From: Candidatus Bilamarchaeaceae archaeon
GTDB lineage: Archaea > Micrarchaeota > Micrarchaeia > Anstonellales > Bilamarchaeaceae
Assembly (NCBI GenBank): GCA_038851325.1
Contig: JAWCKZ010000010.1
Location: 1 to 31,940 of the forward strand
Reading direction: 5' to 3'
Length of the DNA stretch: 31,940 nt
The translations under genes were made by a program, and so were the position numbers. Under the pieces are notes generated by a model. That model was given only the letters and a program-made list of their open reading frames with translations. It was not told where the DNA came from and ran no database searches. This document shows, in pieces, positions 1 to 7,963 of the stretch (the stretch's first letter is position 1; each line of letters opens with the position of its first letter).

Positions 1-394
1 ATACTCTAGTTGAACTCGCATATCCCAGTAAAAAGCACAGTAAATCCGAAATTAAATAAAAACCCATCGATTGAAAAACGGGCCGATGGTGAAAATTCAG
101 TAGATTAGCACAGAATTTACCATTCTGACGTAATAGCTTTTGAAAAAAAGAGTATAAATGAGATAGGGGCATGCAGCGCTTTATCGTCGTATTTTTCCCA
201 GCAAAAGTGCGACCCAGAGCTTACGCTGGGGATGCTTGTAATGTGCCATGGTGCAAAACCAAGAATAGCCCCAGCAATATCCTTTAGCATACCGATGGAA
301 ATCTTCCAGAGAGAACAGGTCTGCGCAACAAGATTCACCAATACTCAAAAATTATGCAAAAGCACTGACAAAACAAAGAAAAAATAACGCACCA

Positions 395-532
395 GTTGCA
401 AATTACTATGTTTGCTTATGGACGGCCATTCCGTTTGCTGCAATCGTTTTTTCTTCTTTTACTCTTCTTTTACTTCGGTGCGCAGTCTTACGCTGTCAGT
501 CTTATTCTGTATTCTACTAGGTAATTTGTAAC
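395..532. mobile_element. MITE-like element with terminal inverted repeats, copy 1 (138 bp)
   Basis: TIR GTTGCAAATTAC (395-406) / GTAATTTGTAAC (521-532), 1 mismatch. Arms match the reverse complement of 28829-29011, including a 30-bp identity (395-424) and a 25-bp identity (480-504). No coding capacity and no clear target-site duplication. Confidence 0.7.
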
Positions 533-586
533 AGGTTAGGTCATAAATACAGGTAGATTTTTAAACGCTCACAAAAAAATAGAACC

Positions 587-3496
587 ATGCAAGCCGCATC
601 ATTGGCTAAGAGAAGCGCCGTGCGTTTGCTACTTGCCATTGTTATTCTTCTTAATGTGGTGAATGCTGCAGAGCCGTGCATAAAATGTGAGGAGATGGCC
701 GGCGCGCAGCAGTCCGTCATCACCCTCTCAGTTAATTATCCAAATAATACGATTAACGCATTTTTATATTATGAAAATTATAGCGCTCCTGAACCTTACG
801 TACCAATAAATAATAGCATCATGTTTGTTCACGTTATGTCAGGGGAGGGGGAAGAAGAGCTTTTTAGAATTTATACTGACGAGCGTGGGTTTGCGAAGTT
901 CGATTTCTCAGATTATGCATCTGTTGAACCGGGCGAGAAAAGAACAATTTACACGTTCAGGTTTATCTATTGTTCTTTCTGCAATCCCGCAGAAACGAGA
1001 GGTATTTGCGGTTTTGAGGAGTGCATGAAATACGCTGGAATAAATGCAAGCAAACTGTGTGCTGGTGGACCGTGCCACTCTGCTGACGATGTAACGCTCG
1101 GAAAGGGAGTGGTGCCAATAAGCACCAGCGCACTGAACAACATGACTGCTCTGCCAACATCAAAATCAATGACGTATATCCCACCACCGCCCCCTACCAC
1201 TGGAGCTGAGACCCCTGCATTTTGCCTCCCGCTCATACTCATATTTGCCCTTCTTGGCGGGGCTCTTTATTACACTGGAAGAAATCCATTTGCAGCATTT
1301 TCGATATCAACGCCGCGTGTTGGAAGACATGTTAGATACACTCCACTAAGTAAAGGATATGCAGTATCTGGAAGAATGATTATAGAAAGCGTAGTCGGCG
1401 GTGCTAAGGAAGTAAAAGGAGCGGCAAAAACCGTAAAGGAAGCCGAAAAAAAAGTGCCACCATCCCCGCCTTCAAAACGAGAGACAGCAAAGAGAGCGCT
1501 TGTTCACATGGCCAAAGAGACGTTTGTAGGCGGTGGTATAAAAAAGCAACTTATAAAAACACTCATGTTGGGAACAGGTGAGAGGATGGGCGTAACAGCA
1601 ACTGGAAAAGGAGGGGTCGTGGTGTCAGGACCAGTCGGTCCTCGTGCACCCGCAAAAGAAGCGCTTTTAAAGGCTCGTGCGCAATTTGTCGCTGGAAAAA
1701 AAGAGTTGACAGAGAGCGGTGCAGCTTTTGCAAAAAAGGTAGCCATCGGAGCGCTTGCAAACGTTGGTATAGGGCTGCTATCAAGCATGACTACCCTGAA
1801 CGCACTAATAACCCTGTTCAGTCCAAATGCCTTTGAGCGCATGCTAAGAGGGGTTGAAAAACGTGTGCTGAAAGACGCTGACGTATATGCCGCAGAGAGG
1901 GAGATAAGAGCAAAAGAGTACATGAAGATTTCCGGAGGGAAGGCGGTTCCTGAAATTGGACGTTCATACATAGATGAAAATGAAAACACTGTCCCTGCTG
2001 AAATTAAATTTGACAAAGAAAAAAAGCGATACACAACAACAGTATATCTAGAAGGGTATAAAGAACCAATAGAGATATCATGGTCACTTGATGCCAACAA
2101 AAATACTGACTTTATTTATAGAGAAACGATAGCAAGTGGACCAAAAAAAGGGGCAGCAATAGAGGTGCGTGTAGAAAATAAAAGGATAGCAAAGGCTATG
2201 GAAATAGGAAAAGATGGAAAGATTGTTGATATAACAGAGATGCTAAGAACTGACAAGAGCGTCTTGGAAAAAACCTATGGCATCCCTCTGGAGAAGATAG
2301 GGAGCAAATCAAAGGTTATGATAAAATATAACATGCTTGTGGAAATGTTTAGAGGGTACAACGAAGCATGCGAGCACCTTGCTTACCTGAATAGAGAGAA
2401 CGCTATGAAGATAGCTGCTGAAAGGTTTGGTGTAAAGAAAGCTGCAGAAGAGTATTCCACACTACTCACAAAAGCCGTGGATAACTTAAAGATATCACAG
2501 GAGAGTAAGGAGATTCTGCTAACCCTTCCAAGAGAAACACATGTTGAAAAGAATATAGAAAATATAATGAAGAAGGCCAAGGAGGGGTATGTTCAAGACA
2601 TCCAGATGTATGCAATGAACAAATGGAAAGTAGAAAAAGAGGCAAAGACAGATCAAGTAGCTGCTCTAAACGTGCTTAAACAAATACAATATGATTTGCC
2701 GAATCTAAATACGAAGAACAAATATGTCTCAGTTGTAAAGGAGTATATAAACAACACAGAGCTTAGTGATAAGCAGAAAGAAGCGGCTATAAAGAATTGC
2801 GAGGTGCTCTGGGGGAAGGATGGAAAAGAGCTCCGTAGGATAGCAGAAACGTGGGATAATGCCTCTAATCAAGCAGCCAAGGTGTACAGCGAATTCGAAA
2901 AATTACAGAATGACGCTTTCAACAAAAGCTTTAAGCCTGTTTACGAAAGTTTCAGAACCGAATTAAAAACAGAAGAATTAAAAACAAAAGAATTAAAAAC
3001 AGAAGAATTAAAAGCAAAAGAATTAAAAGCAAAAGATTACTTGAAAGATGCTGTCCTTTCCAGCGGAACGATAGACCCTATTGCCATATCCGAAAAGGTT
3101 TTAAGGAACGCTGTCCCCTTAGCAAAAACACCAGAAGAAAAATTCCTTCTATTTTCTGCAGTGTATGGTGCCAGTAAACTGGAAACCGAAAAAAGGCCAG
3201 AAGAATCAGATGAGGAATATGAAAAACGATTAAAAGACGAATTGTCACGATTTTATAGTGTAAACACAGGTGGAAGTATGGTTACTACCGCTATCGGACA
3301 ACATACGATCCTCTCGGCCATGAAAAAATATAAACTTCCCGATGATGTATATAACAACGCTGTAAAGACTATAGAGAACGGAGATACGAAGGGAATGAAA
3401 GATGCAATAAAGGTTGTTGAGAACATGGTGATGACAGAAAAAAAGGTAGAAGAAAGGCGTACAGAAGAGCTGAAGTCGCTTGGGGAGGAGATATAA
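587..3496 (+). CDS. Large hypothetical membrane-anchored protein (969 aa; true start may be GTG at 620)
   Basis: Long ORF with an N-terminal signal-like hydrophobic segment (RLLLAIVILLNVVNA), a Cys-rich ~200-aa domain, a PPPPP linker, a TM helix (FCLPLILIFALLGGALYY), a second hydrophobic stretch and a long K/E-rich helical C-terminus. No family recognised. Confidence 0.85.
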   Translation: MQAASLAKRSAVRLLLAIVILLNVVNAAEPCIKCEEMAGAQQSVITLSVNYPNNTINAFLYYENYSAPEPYVPINNSIMFVHVMSGEGEEELFRIYTDERGFAKFDFSDYASVEPGEKRTIYTFRFIYCSFCNPAETRGICGFEECMKYAGINASKLCAGGPCHSADDVTLGKGVVPISTSALNNMTALPTSKSMTYIPPPPPTTGAETPAFCLPLILIFALLGGALYYTGRNPFAAFSISTPRVGRHVRYTPLSKGYAVSGRMIIESVVGGAKEVKGAAKTVKEAEKKVPPSPPSKRETAKRALVHMAKETFVGGGIKKQLIKTLMLGTGERMGVTATGKGGVVVSGPVGPRAPAKEALLKARAQFVAGKKELTESGAAFAKKVAIGALANVGIGLLSSMTTLNALITLFSPNAFERMLRGVEKRVLKDADVYAAEREIRAKEYMKISGGKAVPEIGRSYIDENENTVPAEIKFDKEKKRYTTTVYLEGYKEPIEISWSLDANKNTDFIYRETIASGPKKGAAIEVRVENKRIAKAMEIGKDGKIVDITEMLRTDKSVLEKTYGIPLEKIGSKSKVMIKYNMLVEMFRGYNEACEHLAYLNRENAMKIAAERFGVKKAAEEYSTLLTKAVDNLKISQESKEILLTLPRETHVEKNIENIMKKAKEGYVQDIQMYAMNKWKVEKEAKTDQVAALNVLKQIQYDLPNLNTKNKYVSVVKEYINNTELSDKQKEAAIKNCEVLWGKDGKELRRIAETWDNASNQAAKVYSEFEKLQNDAFNKSFKPVYESFRTELKTEELKTKELKTEELKAKELKAKDYLKDAVLSSGTIDPIAISEKVLRNAVPLAKTPEEKFLLFSAVYGASKLETEKRPEESDEEYEKRLKDELSRFYSVNTGGSMVTTAIGQHTILSAMKKYKLPDDVYNNAVKTIENGDTKGMKDAIKVVENMVMTEKKVEERRTEELKSLGEEI
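2960..3034 (+). repeat. Intragenic 15-bp tandem repeat x5 encoding ELK(T/A)(E/K)
   Basis: gaattaaaa(a/g)ca(g/a)aa repeated five times in frame within the 969-aa ORF. Confidence 0.95.
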
Positions 3497-3504
3497 ATAA
3501 GTAT

Positions 3505-3682
3505 AGCCCCGTCGTCTAGATATATCCGTTCAGACAACGGTCAAACACGGAGCGCCGCCTATATATGGCGACGAAACATGGTCTAAGGATACGGGACTTT
3601 GGATCCTGTGACACCGGTTCGAAACCTTTGGGTGGCAATCCATTTAAAATCTGCACCAAGGGCGTCAATCCGGTCGGGGCTA
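3505..3682 (+). tRNA. tRNA-Gln(TTG) with multiple non-canonical introns (best parse: introns 3520-3537, 3545-3586, 3624-3668)
   Basis: Acceptor stem AGCCCCG/CGGGGCT, anticodon arm CGGGA-CTTTGGA-TCCTG, T arm ACCGG-TTCGAA|T-CCGGT. Removing the three inserts gives a canonical 73-nt archaeal tRNA-Gln. The junctions show relaxed bulge-helix-bulge geometry. CCA not encoded. Confidence 0.88.
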
Positions 3683-3687
3683 CATCT

Positions 3688-3702
3688 TCCCCTTTTCGGG
3701 GA
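3688..3702 (+). terminator. Small hairpin downstream of tRNA-Gln (possible 3' processing or termination element)
   Basis: TCCCC-TTTTC-GGGGA starting 6 nt after the tRNA end. Confidence 0.3.
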
Positions 3703-3710
3703 TATTTAAG
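3703..3710 (+). promoter_or_regulatory. Putative TATA box for tRNA-Val
   Basis: TATTTAAG ending about 22 nt upstream of the tRNA-Val 5' end. Confidence 0.45.
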
Positions 3711-3731
3711 TAGAGCTTGCTAAGTCCTTTC

Positions 3732-3820
3732 GGGCTCGTAGTCGAGAGATTTTATCCGAAAGTGGTTAAGACGTCTGCCTTACACGCAGAAGATCCGCGG
3801 TTCGAATCCGCGCGGGCCCA
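3732..3820 (+). tRNA. tRNA-Val(TAC) with a 16-nt intron at position 15/16 (3747-3762)
   Basis: Acceptor GGGCTCG/CGGGCCC, anticodon arm TCTGC-CTTACAC-GCAGA, T arm CGCGG-TTCGAAT-CCGCG. The D-loop insert AGATTTTATCCGAAAG forms a BHB-like motif (GTCG/CGAA central helix, AG|A and AG|T bulges, inner GAT/ATC). Confidence 0.92.
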
Positions 3821-3936
3821 TTCTTCCATTCCTTACTCCTCTCGCTTATCGTATTGTTGCTTTTGTTTTTCTCTTTTGAAAAGCGTTTCTCGAAGAAAAA
3901 GCGCAGTTTTAAAAATCCTTAATGCATAATAAAATC

Positions 3937-4368
3937 ATGGGAACAGACCTAAAAGTAGGAGACATAATGACCAAAAAAGTCATAATAATCCCATACGGGA
4001 AGGATATTTCTGAGGCAGCAAAGCTTATGAAGAGATACAGCATAGGTTCAGTAATAGTGGTAGAGGACGAAAAAAGCAAGAAAGCAAGAGGGATAATAAC
4101 AGAAAGAGATATTGTCTACAAAGTGATCGCAAAGAGAAAGGATCCGTACACGACAAAGGTTGAGGAGATAATGTCAAAACCACTTCGCGTAATAAGGCCA
4201 GATACTCCGATAGAGGAGGCTTCGAAGGCAATGAGGGATAACAAGATAAAAAGACTTCCCGTTGTTAATGAGTATAACGAGCTCCTTGGCATAATAAGCG
4301 AGGGAGACGTTACAAAAATATTCCCGCTTGTAGTTGATTTAATTGAAGAAAAAGCGGCATTAAAGTAA
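3937..4368 (+). CDS. CBS-pair domain protein
   Basis: Two CBS motifs (KVGDIMTKKVI...GIITERDI; KVEEIMSKP...RLPVV...GIISEGDV). ATG 3937 lies about 23 nt after TTTTAAAA, so probably leaderless; the ORF track starts at 3922. Confidence 0.92.
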   Translation: MGTDLKVGDIMTKKVIIIPYGKDISEAAKLMKRYSIGSVIVVEDEKSKKARGIITERDIVYKVIAKRKDPYTTKVEEIMSKPLRVIRPDTPIEEASKAMRDNKIKRLPVVNEYNELLGIISEGDVTKIFPLVVDLIEEKAALK

Positions 4369-4477
4369 CACTCACGCTGTGCATGGATGGCCTCTGGAGC
4401 AGTAAGCCATGAGAGAATGGTCAACAATGCACAGCCCATCACTCTCCTACTTCTTCTGGGTTCCCATAGGTAAAGTG

Positions 4478-4855
4478 ATGAAAGAAAAGGATGCAAAAAG
4501 GCTTGAATGCCTTATTCGAATATTAAAGAACAACTGCGTGCTGGTTGAGGGAAAAAGGGATAAAGAGGCCCTTAACTCCCTTGGATGCAGCGATGCTATC
4601 CCAATCTCCGGTAGGATTAGACAACTACGTGAATTTATCAAGGCAAAAAAAGTTATTGTTGCAACTGACCTTGATAGGAGAGGGAACCAACTCGCCGCGA
4701 TGATAAAGAGTGAGCTTGAAGGCTCTGCTATTGTTGATTGCGAAACTCGCATTCTTCTAGGACGACTTCTGAAACTAAAATATTTTGAGGATATTGGGCG
4801 AAAGTACGCAGAGTTCTGCAAAGAGGTGAATAAAAATGGCAAAAACATATATTGA
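4478..4855 (+). CDS. Small stand-alone TOPRIM domain protein (RNase M5/UPF0292-like)
   Basis: Motifs VLVEGKRD and ATDLDRRG; located immediately upstream of dnaG. Start chosen at ATG 4478. Confidence 0.85.
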   Translation: MKEKDAKRLECLIRILKNNCVLVEGKRDKEALNSLGCSDAIPISGRIRQLREFIKAKKVIVATDLDRRGNQLAAMIKSELEGSAIVDCETRILLGRLLKLKYFEDIGRKYAEFCKEVNKNGKNIY

Positions 4856-6131
4856 TACGGTTAAGTATCTGGTGTACACAAACGTAGAGGTTGACGGTCT
4901 TGTTGAAAAACCTGATGTTGTTGGCGCAATATTCGGACAGACAGAAGGATTGCTTGGGGATGAGCTTGACCTACGCGACCTTCAAAAGAACGGACGAATA
5001 GGAAGAATAGAGGTTGAACTGATTTCTCGAGAGGGAAAGACGATTGGGACAATAAAAATACCAAGCAGTCTTGATATGGTCGAAACATGCATAATCGCTG
5101 CTGCGCTTGAAACCGTTGACAGAGTGGGCCCATGTGAGGCGCGGCTAAAGGTAACCAAGGTAGAGGACACACGAAATGTGAAAAGGAAGGTTCTCCTCGA
5201 AAGAGCGAAACAGCTGTTAAAATCACTTGTCCTAACAGAGCTTCCAGAAAGTAAAGAGATAACTGAGATGGTTCGCGAAGAGGTCAAAATGGCCGAAATA
5301 ATGGAATACGGTTATGAGAGACTGCCAGCAGGCCCGGGGATAGAACGAAGCGATGAGCTTATTATTGTGGAAGGCCGCGCAGACGTTATAAACCTCCTGA
5401 AGAACGATATAACAAATGTGATCGCGGTTGGTGGCGCGAAGGTCCCACGCAGCATTGTAGAACTTTCAAGAAGAAAGGAGGTGACAGTGTTCTTGGATGG
5501 TGATAGGGGTGGCGACATAATCTTAAATGAATTGATACAGGGAGGGGTTGATATAGACTTCATTGCAAGAGCACCACCAGGTATGGAGGTCGAAGAACTT
5601 ACAAGAAAAGAACTGATAAAGTGCCTAAGGAACAGATTACCGTTTGAGCAAGGCGAAAGCGCAAAGATGGAGAGACAAAAAAGGAGTGAAGAAGCAGAAG
5701 AAAGCGAAGGAGAATTCGAATTGCGGCCAAGCGAGTCCACAACCGAGGCTCGACACGTACCACCGCAAAGGACAGTAGTACCTGAACGCGAGGTTGAGAG
5801 ACCAAAGATCGAAGAGAAAGTAGCAGAAGCAAAAGAAGTAGTCGTCATACCGCCTAAAGAAGAACTACTCAATGAGTTGAATACCCTGAGCAACACCCTA
5901 AACGCAAGATTTTACAACAGCGAGCATAGAAAAATAGCAGAAGTACCTGTAAGAGATGTAATAAAAAAACTGAGCGAGCTTAGAGATATAAAAACTGTAG
6001 TATTTGATGGAATAATAACCCAAAGACTGGTTGATCTTGCGGCAAAGCAGGGCGTTAAGATGCTTGTTGGCATAAAACTTGGAAATGTAAACAAAACGCC
6101 AGAAGGAATCGAGATATTGACAAAAGGTTGA
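4836..6131 (+). CDS. dnaG: Archaeal DnaG-type primase (exosome-associated)
   Basis: VEKPDVVGAIFGQTEGLLG, GRIGRIEV, ETVDRVGPC, TOPRIM IIVEGRADV and FLDGDRGG, C-terminal FDGIITQRLVD. Confidence 0.96.
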   Translation: MAKTYIDTVKYLVYTNVEVDGLVEKPDVVGAIFGQTEGLLGDELDLRDLQKNGRIGRIEVELISREGKTIGTIKIPSSLDMVETCIIAAALETVDRVGPCEARLKVTKVEDTRNVKRKVLLERAKQLLKSLVLTELPESKEITEMVREEVKMAEIMEYGYERLPAGPGIERSDELIIVEGRADVINLLKNDITNVIAVGGAKVPRSIVELSRRKEVTVFLDGDRGGDIILNELIQGGVDIDFIARAPPGMEVEELTRKELIKCLRNRLPFEQGESAKMERQKRSEEAEESEGEFELRPSESTTEARHVPPQRTVVPEREVERPKIEEKVAEAKEVVVIPPKEELLNELNTLSNTLNARFYNSEHRKIAEVPVRDVIKKLSELRDIKTVVFDGIITQRLVDLAAKQGVKMLVGIKLGNVNKTPEGIEILTKG

Positions 6132-6152
6132 GTATATTAACGGAATGAGAAT

Positions 6153-7046
6153 ATGGAGAAAAACGTCGAGATTGTAATGAAAACAAATCTTGACCTCCCT
6201 CTAGTAAAGGTTGGAAAGGTTAGGGAAACGTATAAACTGAACGATGAACTTCTAATGGTCTCAACCGATCGTCTGAGCGCGTTTGATGTCGTCTTTAATG
6301 AAGGCATTCCCTACAAGGGAATTGTTTTGAATATGTTATCGAAGTTTTGGTTTGAAAAGACGCGCAAAATAATAAAAAATCATTTTATCTCTGTTGCCGT
6401 ACCGCCAGAACTGCCAACTTACTTGAAAGGAAGAAGTATGATAGTCAAGGAAAGCGTTCCTCTAAAGATCGAGTGCGTTGTCCGTGGTTACATTACAGGA
6501 AGCGCTTGGAAGGAGTATCAGCAAACAGGAAGCGTTTGTGGAATTAAATTGGAGCCAGGGCTAGAAAATGGAGGCGCTCTTCTAAAGCCTATTTTCACCC
6601 CATCCACCAAGGCTGAGAAAGGTCATGACGAAAATATAACATTTGAGAAGACCAAGGAAATCATCGGAGAGAATGCCGCAGAAGAGATAATGAAAAAAGC
6701 AATAAAGTTGTACGAATTTGCCAGAGATTACGCGCTGAAAAGAGGGCTTGTGCTTGCTGATACAAAATTTGAGTTTGGTTACCTAGACAACGAGATAATA
6801 CTTATAGATGAGATTCTAACGCCTGATTCAAGTAGATATTGGCTGAAGGAGGAATATGAGAAGGGAAATCTTGTAAGTATGGACAAACAATTCGTACGTG
6901 ATTTCCTAGAAAAAAGCGGATGGAATAAGAGCCCGCCTCCACCTCAGCTGCCGCAGGATGTCATAATGAAAACTTCAGAAAGGTACATGAGAACCTATGA
7001 GATGCTTACCGGAAGAAACGTCCTAGACGATGTAAAAAAGATATAA
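6153..7046 (+). CDS. purC: Phosphoribosylaminoimidazole-succinocarboxamide (SAICAR) synthetase
   Basis: GKVRE, TDRLSAFD, IECVVRGYITGS, FTPSTKA, LADTKFEFG, DEILTPDSSRYW, DKQFVRD. Confidence 0.97.
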   Translation: MEKNVEIVMKTNLDLPLVKVGKVRETYKLNDELLMVSTDRLSAFDVVFNEGIPYKGIVLNMLSKFWFEKTRKIIKNHFISVAVPPELPTYLKGRSMIVKESVPLKIECVVRGYITGSAWKEYQQTGSVCGIKLEPGLENGGALLKPIFTPSTKAEKGHDENITFEKTKEIIGENAAEEIMKKAIKLYEFARDYALKRGLVLADTKFEFGYLDNEIILIDEILTPDSSRYWLKEEYEKGNLVSMDKQFVRDFLEKSGWNKSPPPPQLPQDVIMKTSERYMRTYEMLTGRNVLDDVKKI

Positions 7047-7079
7047 TAGAAATAGAAAAAAGAGAAAGGAAAGTACTGG

Positions 7080-7883
7080 CTACTCTTTCTTTGTTCCTTC
7101 TTTTTTCATTGTAAGCGCGCCGAATCCTTCGATTGCCTTCAGCATTTCTATAGGCAAAAGAACAACAATCGTGTTGCTCTGGTCTGCGGAAACATCTGCA
7201 ACCGTTTGCAACGTTCTTAGATGCAAAGCACCTTTGCTTGAAGCAAGCTTTTCGGCCGCCTTGCTCAGGTTTTCTGAAGCTTTCAGCTCGCCCTCAGCCA
7301 TAATGATGGTTGCCCTTCTTTCACGCTCAGCTTCAGCCTGCCTTGCCATTGCTCTTTTCATGTCAGCCGGTAACTCGATATCCTGAATCTTTATTGCAGT
7401 GATGTCAACTCCCCATCTTGCAGTCTCCTTGTCGACTATTGTCTTTATTTCATCTGCAATTTGGTCTCTTTCAGTGAGAACAAAATCAAGTTCCTTGTTG
7501 CCGATTACATCCCTGAGCGCTGTCTGTCCGTATTGAGAAACCGCATAGGTGTAATCTTCGATTTCCAAAACGGCAGCCTTTGGATCTTCAATTCTGAAGT
7601 ATACAACTGCATTCACACTAACTGGAACATTGTCCTTTGTCATGACTTCCTGCTTCGGTATGTCCACTGTTTTTATACGCATATCAACGGTCCGGCTGCT
7701 CTGGAGTATTGGTATGACATAATTTAATCCTGGATTAAGAACCCCTGAAAATCTTCCAAGCGTGAAAACTACTGCTCGCTCATATTCGTAAACAATTCTT
7801 ATTCCGGACAGCAATGCTATGCCGCCGATTATTAAAACTGGAATAGCACAACCACCTAAACCTGCAAAGGTCTCCCATGCCAT
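7080..7883 (-). CDS. Stomatin/slipin (SPFH, band 7) family protein
   Basis: N-terminal TM, EYERAVVFTLGR, QEVMTKDNV, QTALRDVIG, RAMARQAEAERERRA. Confidence 0.95.
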   Translation of the reverse strand: MAWETFAGLGGCAIPVLIIGGIALLSGIRIVYEYERAVVFTLGRFSGVLNPGLNYVIPILQSSRTVDMRIKTVDIPKQEVMTKDNVPVSVNAVVYFRIEDPKAAVLEIEDYTYAVSQYGQTALRDVIGNKELDFVLTERDQIADEIKTIVDKETARWGVDITAIKIQDIELPADMKRAMARQAEAERERRATIIMAEGELKASENLSKAAEKLASSKGALHLRTLQTVADVSADQSNTIVVLLPIEMLKAIEGFGALTMKKEGTKKE

Positions 7884-7963
7884 TACCTCACCTCGATTGC
7901 GTTTTAAACAATAAATCTTTTAAATAATCTGCAGAGAAAACATACCAAACAAGAGGTGGGATT

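Noticed and set aside
1..390. Possible gene (74-aa minus ORF 117-341, or plus frame open 109-387)
   Set aside because: No recognisable motifs. The plus frame has in-frame TAGs at 7 and 106 and no early start. It may be a degraded gene but cannot be supported.
395..532. CRISPR array or mini-array (GTT...GCAAC ends resemble CRISPR repeat termini)
   Set aside because: The repeats are inverted rather than direct, there is no repeat-spacer periodicity, and there are no cas genes in the window.
3717..3929. 70-aa ORF, and the many other short antisense or alternative-frame ORFs in the track
   Set aside because: This ORF overlaps tRNA-Val; the others are shadows of well-supported genes.
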